DNA from: a virus
Taxonomy: Duplodnaviria > Caudoviricetes
Length of the DNA stretch: 29,977 nucleotides
Strand: one strand, 5' to 3'
IMG/VR virus record: IMGVR_UViG_3300030376_008155
Span: 1 to 29,977 of that record
The position numbers and the translations under genes are program-made. Shown piece by piece: positions 8,185 to 17,778 of this stretch. Each line of letters begins with the position of its first letter. The stretch's first letter is position 1. The notes beneath the pieces were generated by a model. The model did no database searches. It worked only from the letters and a program-made list of their open reading frames with translations, and was not told where the DNA came from.

Positions 8185-11100
8185 AAGACATACGCATGAT
8201 ATAAGCGATAGCATAATATGGAGGTAGGTTAGCATTTGCAGTTGTACCTGCACCAACAGGACTTGAAGCAGTCATAGAAAGAGTTCCACTCTGTCCAATT
8301 TGATCACCTGCAGTGGATCCTGGAGCAGCCACATTTGCTGCATAGTCAGTAGTTCCTGTATCATCAAGAACAAAACCACCAGAAGCAGCAGCAGTTACAG
8401 CACCCGTAACTTGGGTGGAGTATCTAGCTGGATGACCATGATTAGCACCTGTTGCACTGTGAGTGTGAACTGGTACAATAGCATCAGCGTTACCACCTAT
8501 TGATCCAGAAGCATAAGCACTTCCTCGACCAACAATAAATCTATCAACTAAATTTGGTGTTTGTACACCAACAACAGTCTGTCCATTACATAATGCCCAG
8601 TTTGTTGGTATGTTACCATCAGTTCCAGACCACATTATAATACCACCAATAGGTATTACACCATTACCTACAAAGTCACCTGCAGTAACCGTACCAGTAA
8701 CGTTCGCATCATCAGTTGATGTTAGTTGCTCTGCTGTGACAGTTCCAGATGCAGTTACAGTTGCAGCAGTCAAAGTGCTTGTGACTGTAGCATTTCCAGT
8801 AGCGGTGATGTTTACACCTTGTATATCACCACCTGCAGTAATCTTATCTGTAGCAACAATGTCATCAGTAGACTCTAAATGCTCTGCAGTTATTGAACTT
8901 CCAGCACCAGTTGCAGTAATTTTTCCAACAACAGAAAGATCACCACTTACTGTGGTATCATTATCAACCTGAAGTGTATTTGCAGTTAGTGTTGCACCAG
9001 CAAATGTCAATGAAGCACTATCTTGTAGTTCTCCATTAGCACCTATAGTAACAATTCTACCTTGAGTAAGATCTTCAACCCTGAAACTACCAACACTACC
9101 ACTACCAGTAACACTCAATACTTCACCAGTATCAGCATATGTCTGACCTATAGCAACTCTATTGAATGCATAATGTTCAGTACCATTCTCTACAGATATT
9201 GGACCAAACTGTTGCCATTTCTCTGTACCTTGATCATTTGTCTGAACCCAACCAATAGATCCACCTCTAGCAAAACTAGTCTTGAATAAAATATTATCAG
9301 CAGTCTGAGTTGATGGAGGAGAAAGTTCCTGTATACCTACAAATATTTCCTGACCTACATTACCACCTCTACCACCTCTTAGCTTGATATCTTGGAAATC
9401 GGCATTACCATTAGCATAAAGGTTTTGATTGACTGTTAGATCATCGAATGAAGCAGTTGTAGGTAATTGTGCAGTTGCACTGGATACTGAAGTGGTATCA
9501 AACTCATCTATAGTAGATACTTCTTCACCAGTTAATGCATCAACCTTCTTCCTACCAACAAAGAACTCACCTCTATCATTCATAGCAGTGTAAACTACTA
9601 ATCCACCTCTAGTAGAACTTGACTGTGCTAACAACTGTTCCTTGTCATCCAAGATTCTATCTTGAACTTGAGGCATTGCAGTTGAATAGTTACCTGGACC
9701 AAAACCAACATACTCAAAAGTATGTCCAGATGCACGTATAAGAGAATTTCTTCTATTCTCAGTAGGTATAACTTTTATCTTTATCGCTGCAACATTCTTG
9801 ACATGCTCAACAGCATTAGTTCCTAAAGCACCCCTAAGTATCTTAGTTTTATTCTTATTAGTAATTCTTACAATCTCATCTTCAATTTGAAGATAATCAC
9901 CTCTCCTCAACATTGAGGTATCACTCAATGTTATTGATGTAGCAGTGCTTGTAATTGCAGCAGATAACTCAGTAGTATAACCACCGTATATTGGTATAGT
10001 CTGATTATATCCTCTAGCAGATATACCTCCACCATGTGCTATACCACCACTAGTATATGCTGGTTGAGAAGCAGTCCTACCAATATTAACCTTTAGAGAA
10101 GATCCATAACCTACTCTGTCAGTTATATAATGAGTTCCTTGATATACTGAAGGACCACCAGATATTACTATCTGATCACCCTTTCTTAAACCAATATCTG
10201 CTGCTAAAGTAACAGTAGCAATACCACTTAGTCTATCATGTAAGATATTATTGATACCAGTAGAAACACCAACATGGTATGCAAAACCACCAGCAGTAGC
10301 TGCGTTATCTGCAGTACCAGTATAAGCAATTCTCTTATCAGACTCAACACCAGTTATTCTATGAAGACCGTTATATGCATCACTTCCAACACCAACTACC
10401 TGAACTACATCTCCTATACCATTATCAATTGTACTTACAGTAACAGTTGCATTTGTTGTAGTACCTGAAGGTCTAAGTGGTACACCCTTCAAAATAAGAG
10501 TATCACCAACAGCATACCCTGATCCTGGGTGATTTAGTACTATAGAACTAACAGTACCATTAGCAGCAACAGTAATATCACCAGTTGCACCTGAACCACT
10601 ACCTCCTGTTAATGATGCATTATAATAAAACTCAGCATTACCACTACTTGTTCCATATCCAACACCATTTGATGCTATAGTAATACTAGATAAACCATTG
10701 AGACCATGTTGTATCCCAGTGTCAAGAGTTAATGTTGAACCAGATACTACAGCACCAGTGACACCAACACCAATATTACTTTGCTCAATATATGCATCAA
10801 TAGATTCTCTAGTAATACTATTTTTAGGGTCATTTGTTTGAACTACACCAATCTTATCTCTTAGAGCGTAAGATTTAGCAGAAACTGGATCATCATTACT
10901 ATTATCAAGATCCTGCTGAGGACGTAAATTGTTTATATCCTGTGGGAAGTAATTAGCTGTAGTAGAAAATGGTGTTATTTCAGGTTGTGAAAGATATCCA
11001 AGAATAGTTAGATCATAAATTCCATCTTGAACACCCTTTGCGAAACTCTGAACCTCTTCATGGTTGAATATCTGGAATGTACGTCCAAGTTCACGTTTAG

Positions 11101-13870
11101 TAAAGAATGGTGCAAATGTTCTACCAGAACCAACAATTGTTTGATCGTGAGCAGTATATGGTGTATTAGCACTAATTGTAGAAATACCACCTGGATTGGT
11201 GCTTATACCAATAGTAAATGTTCTGTCATCAGATATACTGAGGACTTCAAACATTCCATTATAACCAGTATTATCAGTACCGTTAGTATTTTCTCCACTC
11301 TTCAGTCTGCTTATCTCAATAACGTTACCAGAACTCAATCTATGAGCACCTTGAGCAGTTATAATACCTGTCTTAGCACTAGAGTTCCAACTAGCATCAA
11401 CAATTGCATTATTTGTTCTAAGATTAGCAACAGAAGTTAAGTCAGTGTTATCATTCTTATAATAAGTATCATCAATAAATGTTGCTGATTCTTGAATTGA
11501 GAATCCATTTGTAGGTGGTGATGCAGTAGTTGAATCATCAGGAACAACAAATCTCAAACGATAAATTTTCTCAAGATCCTTTCTAGTATCAGGATTTCTT
11601 ATAATATAAGTATTAGAAGTTTTGACTGAAATACCACCCTGATTAGTTACAATAGCAGAGCGTAAACTATTACCAGCACCAACATTTACATACCAACCAG
11701 TACTATCAAATTGAATTGGATGTCCTGGATCTCCTGGATCTTTTCCTTCTACAGTAGATACGACACGTAACTTACCACCAAGATTATTCAATCCAGTAAG
11801 ATTACTACCAGCAGTAGCATTATTGAATGTAGTAGCAATCTTTATTTTATCTGCATCTAAACCAGTAGATATAACATAATAGTCAGTACCACCTGTAATA
11901 CCATCAGGTAAAGATCCTGTATCAGAATAGAATCTAATCTTCTCACCACCATTGAACTTATGAGTATCCTCAAGTGTTATAATATTACTGGTAATAGAAT
12001 TGATACCAGAATTACTACCAACAAATACTTCTTTCTTACCAGATGCCCAATCATCAGGATCTGATTGTGGTCCTGGCATCAATATGTCAGCACCGTAAGT
12101 AATACTGTTTAGTGAACAGAATAGTTTATCTCCTATCTTATTACCAACATTATATCCACTAGCAGTCTTGACAGGAATAGTATCTTTAACATCAAACCCA
12201 TGTATATAAAGTTTAGTATCTGTAGTAACACCTACAGTTGATTGAACATCAATAGAACTCCAGTTTATTTGATCGTCCTTATTGAAAGTCTTTTTAGGTG
12301 GAACTATACTTGTAATATAACCCTTATCATCTTTTATAAATGCTGCTGGTTTGAAACCATCTGCTTCTAATGCTACAGCACCAAAGTTTGAGTTAGAGTT
12401 AGTAAGTGAAATATCACCACCAGACTCCACTTTGAACTGTTGACCATAACCAACAGCAAAGGTTGATACTACCTGCAGTACAGCCTCATTTGATGCTTTT
12501 ATATGATATGACTCCCATTCTGGTTTATATTTTGCTAAACCATCAATATGAAGAGTTACTGAAGTTCCTAACGTTGCTTGATCTTGCCAAGAACCAGATG
12601 TAGTATTATATTTTACGAATGAATTATCATCTTTCTGTAATCCAATACCTGTGTACTGAGCACAAACCATGGATTTAAATCCAGTTGATTTGCTACCATC
12701 AGCATGAAGACCACACATACCAAATACTGATCTCAACGAACAGTTGAATATGTAAGGTGATGCAGAAGTTACACTATCACTCTCAACTATAACTGTTGGA
12801 GATAAACCAGTAAGAGATGGAGTAGCTGTTGAAGATGGAGCTGCTGGTAAATTATACGTGAAAGAAGTAGTACTAAGAACCTGTGCTACAACATGACTTC
12901 CATCATAATCAGCATTACTTATTCCATTAACAATAATAGGAGTGTCAACGTTTAGATTATGTTCTGTTTTTGTTTCAACAGTAACTACCGAAGTCGCTGT
13001 ACTAGCAGTCGGATTAGCACCTGAATAAATGTCATCAATTTCCAGATCACCCAACCTAGAGATCGCACCAACAATCCTCGATTCATCAATGACTTTTTGG
13101 AAGTCCTTATTAGCAGGGTAGTTAGGAAGTGCTCTGCCACTATTAGTACCATAAGCAAGCGTAAGCTTAGCATAGTACATGTCGAGATCAGTATTCCCTT
13201 TACCTGAAACCGTGTTCTTACCATCAGCAAACTCAAAACAAGTTAACTTATGGTGAGAATAGTTAGGAGCATAGGTATTAGCAGTATAATCTCTAAAAAT
13301 TCTATCAGCAGGATCACCATCAAATAATGTGAAATTAAAGAAGAAACATCCACCAGTTACTTTGAAAATGGCAGATCTTTCAATATCATCATTATCTGGC
13401 TGTGGAATATATTTTGGTTTGATCTTAGTCTTTCTAAGATCTGTACCAATAATAGATGTACCACGAGGTAATATTACACCACCTGTTATGGAGTTGAAAT
13501 AATATAATACATTATCAGGATCTTGTATATCAAACTTCGTACCTATAGATAACTCACTTATAGAAGCACCACTACCATTAACATCAGTTATATTTCCATC
13601 CGAATCAATTGCCAATCCTGGACGGTTGTCTATGTAATGTGTGCCAGGAGATACTAATATAGTTGTCTTATCAAACTTATCATTATCTTTACCTAACTGA
13701 TATGAGAATCTAGCAGATTCTATCAGTGCTCTTTGAATTGTTTTGAACGGACGAGTTCTGGAGTTACCAGTATTACTTACGTCATCCGTTGCATCAAGTT
13801 CCTCAGGATTAACGTATATTACGTTACCCTGAACATTCTTGAGAAAATTTTCTAATCTACTAAGAGGCAT
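8183..13870 (-). CDS. Large virion structural/tail fibre protein with C-terminal phage tail-collar domain
   Basis: 1895 aa. The N-terminus MPLSRLENFLKN...RPFKTIQRAL is characteristic of cyanomyovirus structural proteins. The C-terminus IPIGGIIMWSG...WALCNGQ...TPNLVDRFIVG...NLPPYYAIAYIMR matches the tail collar pattern. Confidence 0.85.
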   Translation of the reverse strand: MPLSRLENFLKNVQGNVIYVNPEELDATDDVSNTGNSRTRPFKTIQRALIESARFSYQLGKDNDKFDKTTILVSPGTHYIDNRPGLAIDSDGNITDVNGSGASISELSIGTKFDIQDPDNVLYYFNSITGGVILPRGTSIIGTDLRKTKIKPKYIPQPDNDDIERSAIFKVTGGCFFFNFTLFDGDPADRIFRDYTANTYAPNYSHHKLTCFEFADGKNTVSGKGNTDLDMYYAKLTLAYGTNSGRALPNYPANKDFQKVIDESRIVGAISRLGDLEIDDIYSGANPTASTATSVVTVETKTEHNLNVDTPIIVNGISNADYDGSHVVAQVLSTTSFTYNLPAAPSSTATPSLTGLSPTVIVESDSVTSASPYIFNCSLRSVFGMCGLHADGSKSTGFKSMVCAQYTGIGLQKDDNSFVKYNTTSGSWQDQATLGTSVTLHIDGLAKYKPEWESYHIKASNEAVLQVVSTFAVGYGQQFKVESGGDISLTNSNSNFGAVALEADGFKPAAFIKDDKGYITSIVPPKKTFNKDDQINWSSIDVQSTVGVTTDTKLYIHGFDVKDTIPVKTASGYNVGNKIGDKLFCSLNSITYGADILMPGPQSDPDDWASGKKEVFVGSNSGINSITSNIITLEDTHKFNGGEKIRFYSDTGSLPDGITGGTDYYVISTGLDADKIKIATTFNNATAGSNLTGLNNLGGKLRVVSTVEGKDPGDPGHPIQFDSTGWYVNVGAGNSLRSAIVTNQGGISVKTSNTYIIRNPDTRKDLEKIYRLRFVVPDDSTTASPPTNGFSIQESATFIDDTYYKNDNTDLTSVANLRTNNAIVDASWNSSAKTGIITAQGAHRLSSGNVIEISRLKSGENTNGTDNTGYNGMFEVLSISDDRTFTIGISTNPGGISTISANTPYTAHDQTIVGSGRTFAPFFTKRELGRTFQIFNHEEVQSFAKGVQDGIYDLTILGYLSQPEITPFSTTANYFPQDINNLRPQQDLDNSNDDPVSAKSYALRDKIGVVQTNDPKNSITRESIDAYIEQSNIGVGVTGAVVSGSTLTLDTGIQHGLNGLSSITIASNGVGYGTSSGNAEFYYNASLTGGSGSGATGDITVAANGTVSSIVLNHPGSGYAVGDTLILKGVPLRPSGTTTNATVTVSTIDNGIGDVVQVVGVGSDAYNGLHRITGVESDKRIAYTGTADNAATAGGFAYHVGVSTGINNILHDRLSGIATVTLAADIGLRKGDQIVISGGPSVYQGTHYITDRVGYGSSLKVNIGRTASQPAYTSGGIAHGGGISARGYNQTIPIYGGYTTELSAAITSTATSITLSDTSMLRRGDYLQIEDEIVRITNKNKTKILRGALGTNAVEHVKNVAAIKIKVIPTENRRNSLIRASGHTFEYVGFGPGNYSTAMPQVQDRILDDKEQLLAQSSSTRGGLVVYTAMNDRGEFFVGRKKVDALTGEEVSTIDEFDTTSVSSATAQLPTTASFDDLTVNQNLYANGNADFQDIKLRGGRGGNVGQEIFVGIQELSPPSTQTADNILFKTSFARGGSIGWVQTNDQGTEKWQQFGPISVENGTEHYAFNRVAIGQTYADTGEVLSVTGSGSVGSFRVEDLTQGRIVTIGANGELQDSASLTFAGATLTANTLQVDNDTTVSGDLSVVGKITATGAGSSITAEHLESTDDIVATDKITAGGDIQGVNITATGNATVTSTLTAATVTASGTVTAEQLTSTDDANVTGTVTAGDFVGNGVIPIGGIIMWSGTDGNIPTNWALCNGQTVVGVQTPNLVDRFIVGRGSAYASGSIGGNADAIVPVHTHSATGANHGHPARYSTQVTGAVTAAASGGFVLDDTGTTDYAANVAAPGSTAGDQIGQSGTLSMTASSPVGAGTTANANLPPYYAIAYIMRMS

Positions 13871-13902
13871 TACCTATTAATCCAAGACACCTTCCTTCAA
13901 GT

Positions 13903-13910
13903 TATTTATA
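13903..13910 (-). promoter_or_regulatory. T4-type late promoter TATAAATA
   Basis: Exact consensus, intergenic, about 33 nt upstream of the ATG at 13870. Confidence 0.85.
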
Positions 13911-13914
13911 GTAA

Positions 13915-14229
13915 CTAGATTCGTGGTATCTTCTGAACTAACGGTAGGATATCATTTTCAACTTTCTCCACAATCTGATCGATGATGTTAACGTCAAGAC
14001 CTGCGAATGGTGGAATGATACCAAGTATGCGAAGTAATCCATCTAAAAATAATGCTAAACAAGTAAATCCAAGTATCATACTGATGATGGTTGCCTCACG
14101 ATTATGTTTGGCCATAGATTCTTCATCTATTCTCTTTGCTTCTTCAAGAGCAGCAGCAATCATTGCATCTACTTCTCCTTTAGTATAGAATCCACCTATG
14201 CCAGGTATGTCATGTATGTTTGGAGTCAT
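13915..14229 (-). CDS. Small membrane protein of a picocyanobacterial/cyanophage hypothetical family
   Basis: 104 aa: a charged helix, then hydrophobic IISMILGFTCLALFLDGLLRILGIIPPF. The start codon is uncertain because AAGGAG sits directly against the ATG. Confidence 0.75.
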   Translation of the reverse strand: MTPNIHDIPGIGGFYTKGEVDAMIAAALEEAKRIDEESMAKHNREATIISMILGFTCLALFLDGLLRILGIIPPFAGLDVNIIDQIVEKVENDILPLVQKIPRI

Positions 14230-14234
14230 CTCCT

Positions 14235-14417
14235 TTAGGATTTGTATTCAATATCTAGGAACTCATCTGCTTGTCGTGTTACTTTTAACACGTTCATAAA
14301 CTCTTCTGGAGTCTCACATTTGATTTTTTGTTTGGATCCATCAGATCCAACTATCTCAAAAGTCCTTGCAGCAACATCAACATTGACAGTATCAACGTAT
14401 TCGTTTTCGAAAGTCAT
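14235..14417 (-). CDS. Small conserved cyanophage hypothetical protein
   Basis: 60 aa; AGGA SD upstream; motif CETPEEFMNVL; fills the gap between neighbours. Confidence 0.75.
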   Translation of the reverse strand: MTFENEYVDTVNVDVAARTFEIVGSDGSKQKIKCETPEEFMNVLKVTRQADEFLDIEYKS

Positions 14418-14438
14418 TAGATTCCTAGTTCAAACTAC

Positions 14439-14467
14439 AGTATAACACGATTTGCTAATAATCGCAA
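14439..14467 (-). promoter_or_regulatory. Sigma70-type (early) promoter TTGCGA-N17-TATACT with extended -10 TG
   Basis: The minus strand reads ttgcga ttattagcaaatcgtgt tatact, ending 21 nt upstream of the ATG at 14417. Confidence 0.7.
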
Positions 14468-14730
14468 GTTCTTAGATGATCAACTTCATCATCTTCAACA
14501 ACTGGTAACTCTTTTGAATTAGCAGTCACAGTGTAATAAGCATTTATAGGTCCACCTGCACCATTACGTATTACAACTTTAGCACCATATTGAATACCAT
14601 ACACAAATAATTCTTGAGATACACCAATAGGTGTAAGTTGAACTATAATGGATTCTGGTTCAATTTTACCTAACCAAGTCTCAGGTAATTCAATAATACC
14701 ATCAACTTTGACTATTCCACTTACTTGCAT
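14455..14730 (-). CDS. Small protein, stand-alone paralogue of the C-terminal domain of the upstream 254-aa protein
   Basis: IELPETWLGKIEPESIIVQLTPIG...INAYYTV aligns with ITLPDYWKNLVYEDSITVQITPIG...IDCFYII. ATG at 14730 is preferred over TTG at 14748. Confidence 0.75.
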   Translation of the reverse strand: MQVSGIVKVDGIIELPETWLGKIEPESIIVQLTPIGVSQELFVYGIQYGAKVVIRNGAGGPINAYYTVTANSKELPVVEDDEVDHLRTCDY

Positions 14731-14750
14731 AATCTTGATGTTTTTCAATA

Positions 14751-15515
14751 TTATATCACAGTCTTAGTGTTTTGACCACTATCAGACCTAGGATAATCTT
14801 TCCAAGTTTCACCCTCATACTCCACAGTGAGTGGGTTTATATCATTTCTTTCACCCATAATAATGTAGAAACAATCAATATCAGAATCAGATTCTAATAC
14901 CACTTTCTCACTATTAAATGATGAAACATATATGTCCTCTTGTTTTCCTATAGGTGTAATTTGCACTGTTATACTATCTTCATACACCAAATTCTTCCAA
15001 TAATCTGGTAATGTGATTTCTGTACCAGATTTTAGTCTACCTCTATGATATATCGCTAGTTCTGGTCCTTCTAAACAAGCATGAGCTAAGCGATGTCCTT
15101 CTTTATTTGGATGGGAAATATCAAATAACTTGCTTGTTGCAACAATAGATCCTGACCAAGAAGCAAATCCACCAACAGATAAATCACCACCTGTGCTAAT
15201 ATTTCCTGTGACATGACTATTACCATCAACAACTACTGCATTCTCTGCCTTTTCACCAATTATTTCAACATCACCCTCCACTTGAACTGCCCTACCATCA
15301 ACACCTGGACTCCAATCTCCAAGTGCAGTTCCTACATTCAAGGTTGCTTTTGCAAATCCACCCTTATGAGCACCTAGAAATGTAGGTCCAGTAGCAACTA
15401 AAGTACCATCAAACGGTTTATCTCCGTTCAATGTCTCTGCTGCTTGATCCAATTTTACTGGTTCTTCTACACCAATGTAGATCTTACCAGATTCAATGTC
15501 TCTAATACCTGCCAT
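14751..15515 (-). CDS. gp5-region (spike/fibre-associated) protein with FDIxHP...HACLEGPE C-terminal domain
   Basis: 254 aa with GAGGA SD. Short VxG repeats precede LFDISHPNKEGHRLAHACLEGPELAIYHRGRL, a domain commonly seen at fibre C-termini. Confidence 0.7.
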   Translation of the reverse strand: MAGIRDIESGKIYIGVEEPVKLDQAAETLNGDKPFDGTLVATGPTFLGAHKGGFAKATLNVGTALGDWSPGVDGRAVQVEGDVEIIGEKAENAVVVDGNSHVTGNISTGGDLSVGGFASWSGSIVATSKLFDISHPNKEGHRLAHACLEGPELAIYHRGRLKSGTEITLPDYWKNLVYEDSITVQITPIGKQEDIYVSSFNSEKVVLESDSDIDCFYIIMGERNDINPLTVEYEGETWKDYPRSDSGQNTKTVI

Positions 15516-15516
15516 G

Positions 15517-17778
15517 TTATCCTCTGAATGGTTTTAAATGTTTGTCCAGAACTTCTTTAAGAGTAGCAGGGATCAACTTTGATCTAGGTTCATGTATCCT
15601 AACTACCCTACCAATTAAGAAATTGAATCCCTCAGAATGACAAAGCAATTCTCTTTTAGCATCTATAACAACAGTCTCTGACGTTACAGTAATTGCTTTG
15701 TCAGCATCAATTTTTATATTCTTTGAAGCCTTTAGATTTATAGAACCACTTTGATTCCAACCTTTTTCAAGACCTCTTCTATTCTTTGCTCTCATCTGAA
15801 TATCATTTGCTGTTACTGCAAATGTACCCTCACAGTCTATTATAATATTACCCTTAGAATGTATAATAAGGGGTGCATCCTCACACATTTGCATTATTTG
15901 ACAACCTTGAATACCACTATCACCACTACCACTCTTCAGTTCAAATCCACCATCATGGAATAGTTTTACTGATCCTCCTTCAGCTTCAGCCTCAGCACTA
16001 CCAGCTTCAAGAAGAACATCAGAAAGTCTTTGTATTTTCTGTTGAGAGTTATCATCTTCAGGACGTTCTCTACCTATCTGAAACTTACCATCCTCAGGAT
16101 GTTGTATTATAATCGGTGGTACATGAGTCTTTTTCTTCTTCTTAGTTTCTGGAGTTTCTGGTTCTGGAGATTCCTCAATTAGTTCTTCAGTTGTAGTTGG
16201 TGGTTCAGGTTCAGGTTCTTCTTCAGGTTCAGGTTCTTCTTCAGGTGTAGGTGCAGTTTCTTCTTCTTCATCATCACCTTCCTCTTCCTCTGGTTCTTGT
16301 ATATCAGGAAGTGGTTCATCAGTAACTACAACTGGAGGTTCATCTTCTGGAGGTAAATCTGGAGTTTCTACCGTTTCCTCATTATTTTCTTTTGCTTCAG
16401 CCTCTTCTATCTTCTGATCAATTTCTGCTACTTCTTTAGCTGCTTCTTCAACATTATCCTCTGCTTCTTTTACTACAATTTCTTCTCGCTCTTTTAAAAG
16501 AGCTTCCTTTGCTTCCTTATTTTGTTTTCGTTCAAGTGTCTTTGCATTTTGTGCTTCTAATGCTGCTTTATGCTCATCAGAACCACGTCCATATATCGAT
16601 TGCTGCCTTCTTGCATGATTAGCAAGAGAAGCTTCATCCGACTCTAACAGTTCGTCATTCTTATCTAATTGTCCAATTTCACTCTGAACTTCAGCAAAAG
16701 TTCTTCCTTCTTGTTGTTCTTTAGGTGTAGTATTATCTAATCTTGTTCCTACATAATCAAACTCAGTACCTGGAGCTAAAGAACCAGAACCAGGTACTGC
16801 AAATTCAGCATCTCCAGCACGTATTATTTCTTGTTGAGACTCGCCTGGTGCTGTTGTGGTAGTAGATGGAGTAGATGGGGCAGCAGCAGTAGTATCTGGT
16901 GTAGTATCTGGATCTGGTATTGCATCAGATACAACAACAGGCTCTGGTTTGGGTTTGTTAGTTAACTCAGCATTTCTCTTAGCTTTATCATCTCTTACTA
17001 AAACTTCTGTTCGTTCTTCTAAAAGAGTTTCCTTTGCTTCACGATTTTGTTTTAGTTCAAGTTCCTTATCTCTTCTTGCGTCTACTGCTGCTTTATGCTG
17101 ATCCGAACCACGTCCATACTTTGATCTTTGAGAATTCTCATATTTTGCTAGATCATTTACATCACTAGCTAATAGTTGTTCATTCTTATTTAACTGTCCA
17201 ATTTCAGTTTGAACTTCAGCAAAAGTTCTTCCTTCTTGTTTTTGAATATTGGTATTATCTATTCTTGTTCCTACATAATCAAACTCAGTACCTGGAGCTT
17301 CTGAACCAGAACCAGGTATTGCAAATTTTTCCTGACCATCTACAGATACTATTTTTTGCTTAGATGTGTTATTTGCTAAATCAGTTTTTGCTTTGGTTAC
17401 TGCTTTCTCTTTTATTTCAGTAAATTCTGGAGTACCTTTCTGTACTGGTTTTTCTGTTACTACTGTTTCATCTACAGCAATAGATTGTTTCTGTTCTACC
17501 TTTTTCTTTTCAGATTTCTCTATTGCTTTCTCTAACTTTATATCAGCCTTCTTTTTATCTTCCTTCAGAATATCTAATGCTTTATCAACAGTAGCAGGAG
17601 TAGCAATGACATCTTGCTTCGTTTTGAAGAATTCTGCATATGCTGCAGAACCTGGTTTTACTGTAACTTTCTTTCCAGTATTAGGATCAACTATATCAAC
17701 TGGCCATCCAGTTCCACCATATTTTTTAGCATTATTAAGTGCTTCTATCTTTCTTTTTCTTTCTTCTCTACTAGACAT
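15517..17778 (-). CDS. Putative gp5 C-terminal (beta-helical spike)-like protein with long charged, internally duplicated N-terminus
   Basis: ATG at 17778 overlaps the gp5 stop (TGATG) and has a GAGGA SD, giving 753 aa. The last ~150 aa show short periodic beta repeats (LIIHSKGNIIIDCEGTFAVTANDIQMRA...GSINLKASKNIKIDADKAITVTS). Confidence 0.6.
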   Translation of the reverse strand: MSSREERKRKIEALNNAKKYGGTGWPVDIVDPNTGKKVTVKPGSAAYAEFFKTKQDVIATPATVDKALDILKEDKKKADIKLEKAIEKSEKKKVEQKQSIAVDETVVTEKPVQKGTPEFTEIKEKAVTKAKTDLANNTSKQKIVSVDGQEKFAIPGSGSEAPGTEFDYVGTRIDNTNIQKQEGRTFAEVQTEIGQLNKNEQLLASDVNDLAKYENSQRSKYGRGSDQHKAAVDARRDKELELKQNREAKETLLEERTEVLVRDDKAKRNAELTNKPKPEPVVVSDAIPDPDTTPDTTAAAPSTPSTTTTAPGESQQEIIRAGDAEFAVPGSGSLAPGTEFDYVGTRLDNTTPKEQQEGRTFAEVQSEIGQLDKNDELLESDEASLANHARRQQSIYGRGSDEHKAALEAQNAKTLERKQNKEAKEALLKEREEIVVKEAEDNVEEAAKEVAEIDQKIEEAEAKENNEETVETPDLPPEDEPPVVVTDEPLPDIQEPEEEEGDDEEEETAPTPEEEPEPEEEPEPEPPTTTEELIEESPEPETPETKKKKKTHVPPIIIQHPEDGKFQIGRERPEDDNSQQKIQRLSDVLLEAGSAEAEAEGGSVKLFHDGGFELKSGSGDSGIQGCQIMQMCEDAPLIIHSKGNIIIDCEGTFAVTANDIQMRAKNRRGLEKGWNQSGSINLKASKNIKIDADKAITVTSETVVIDAKRELLCHSEGFNFLIGRVVRIHEPRSKLIPATLKEVLDKHLKPFRG
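16470..17326. repeat. Internal duplication of about 335 nt (copies at ~16470-16804 and ~16995-17326)
   Basis: FAxPGSGSxAPGTEFDYVGTRxDNT...EGRTFAEVQxEIGQLxKN...YGRGSDxHKAA...KQNxEAKExLLxER occurs twice; aaactcagtacctggagct is at 16759 and 17281. Confidence 0.92.
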
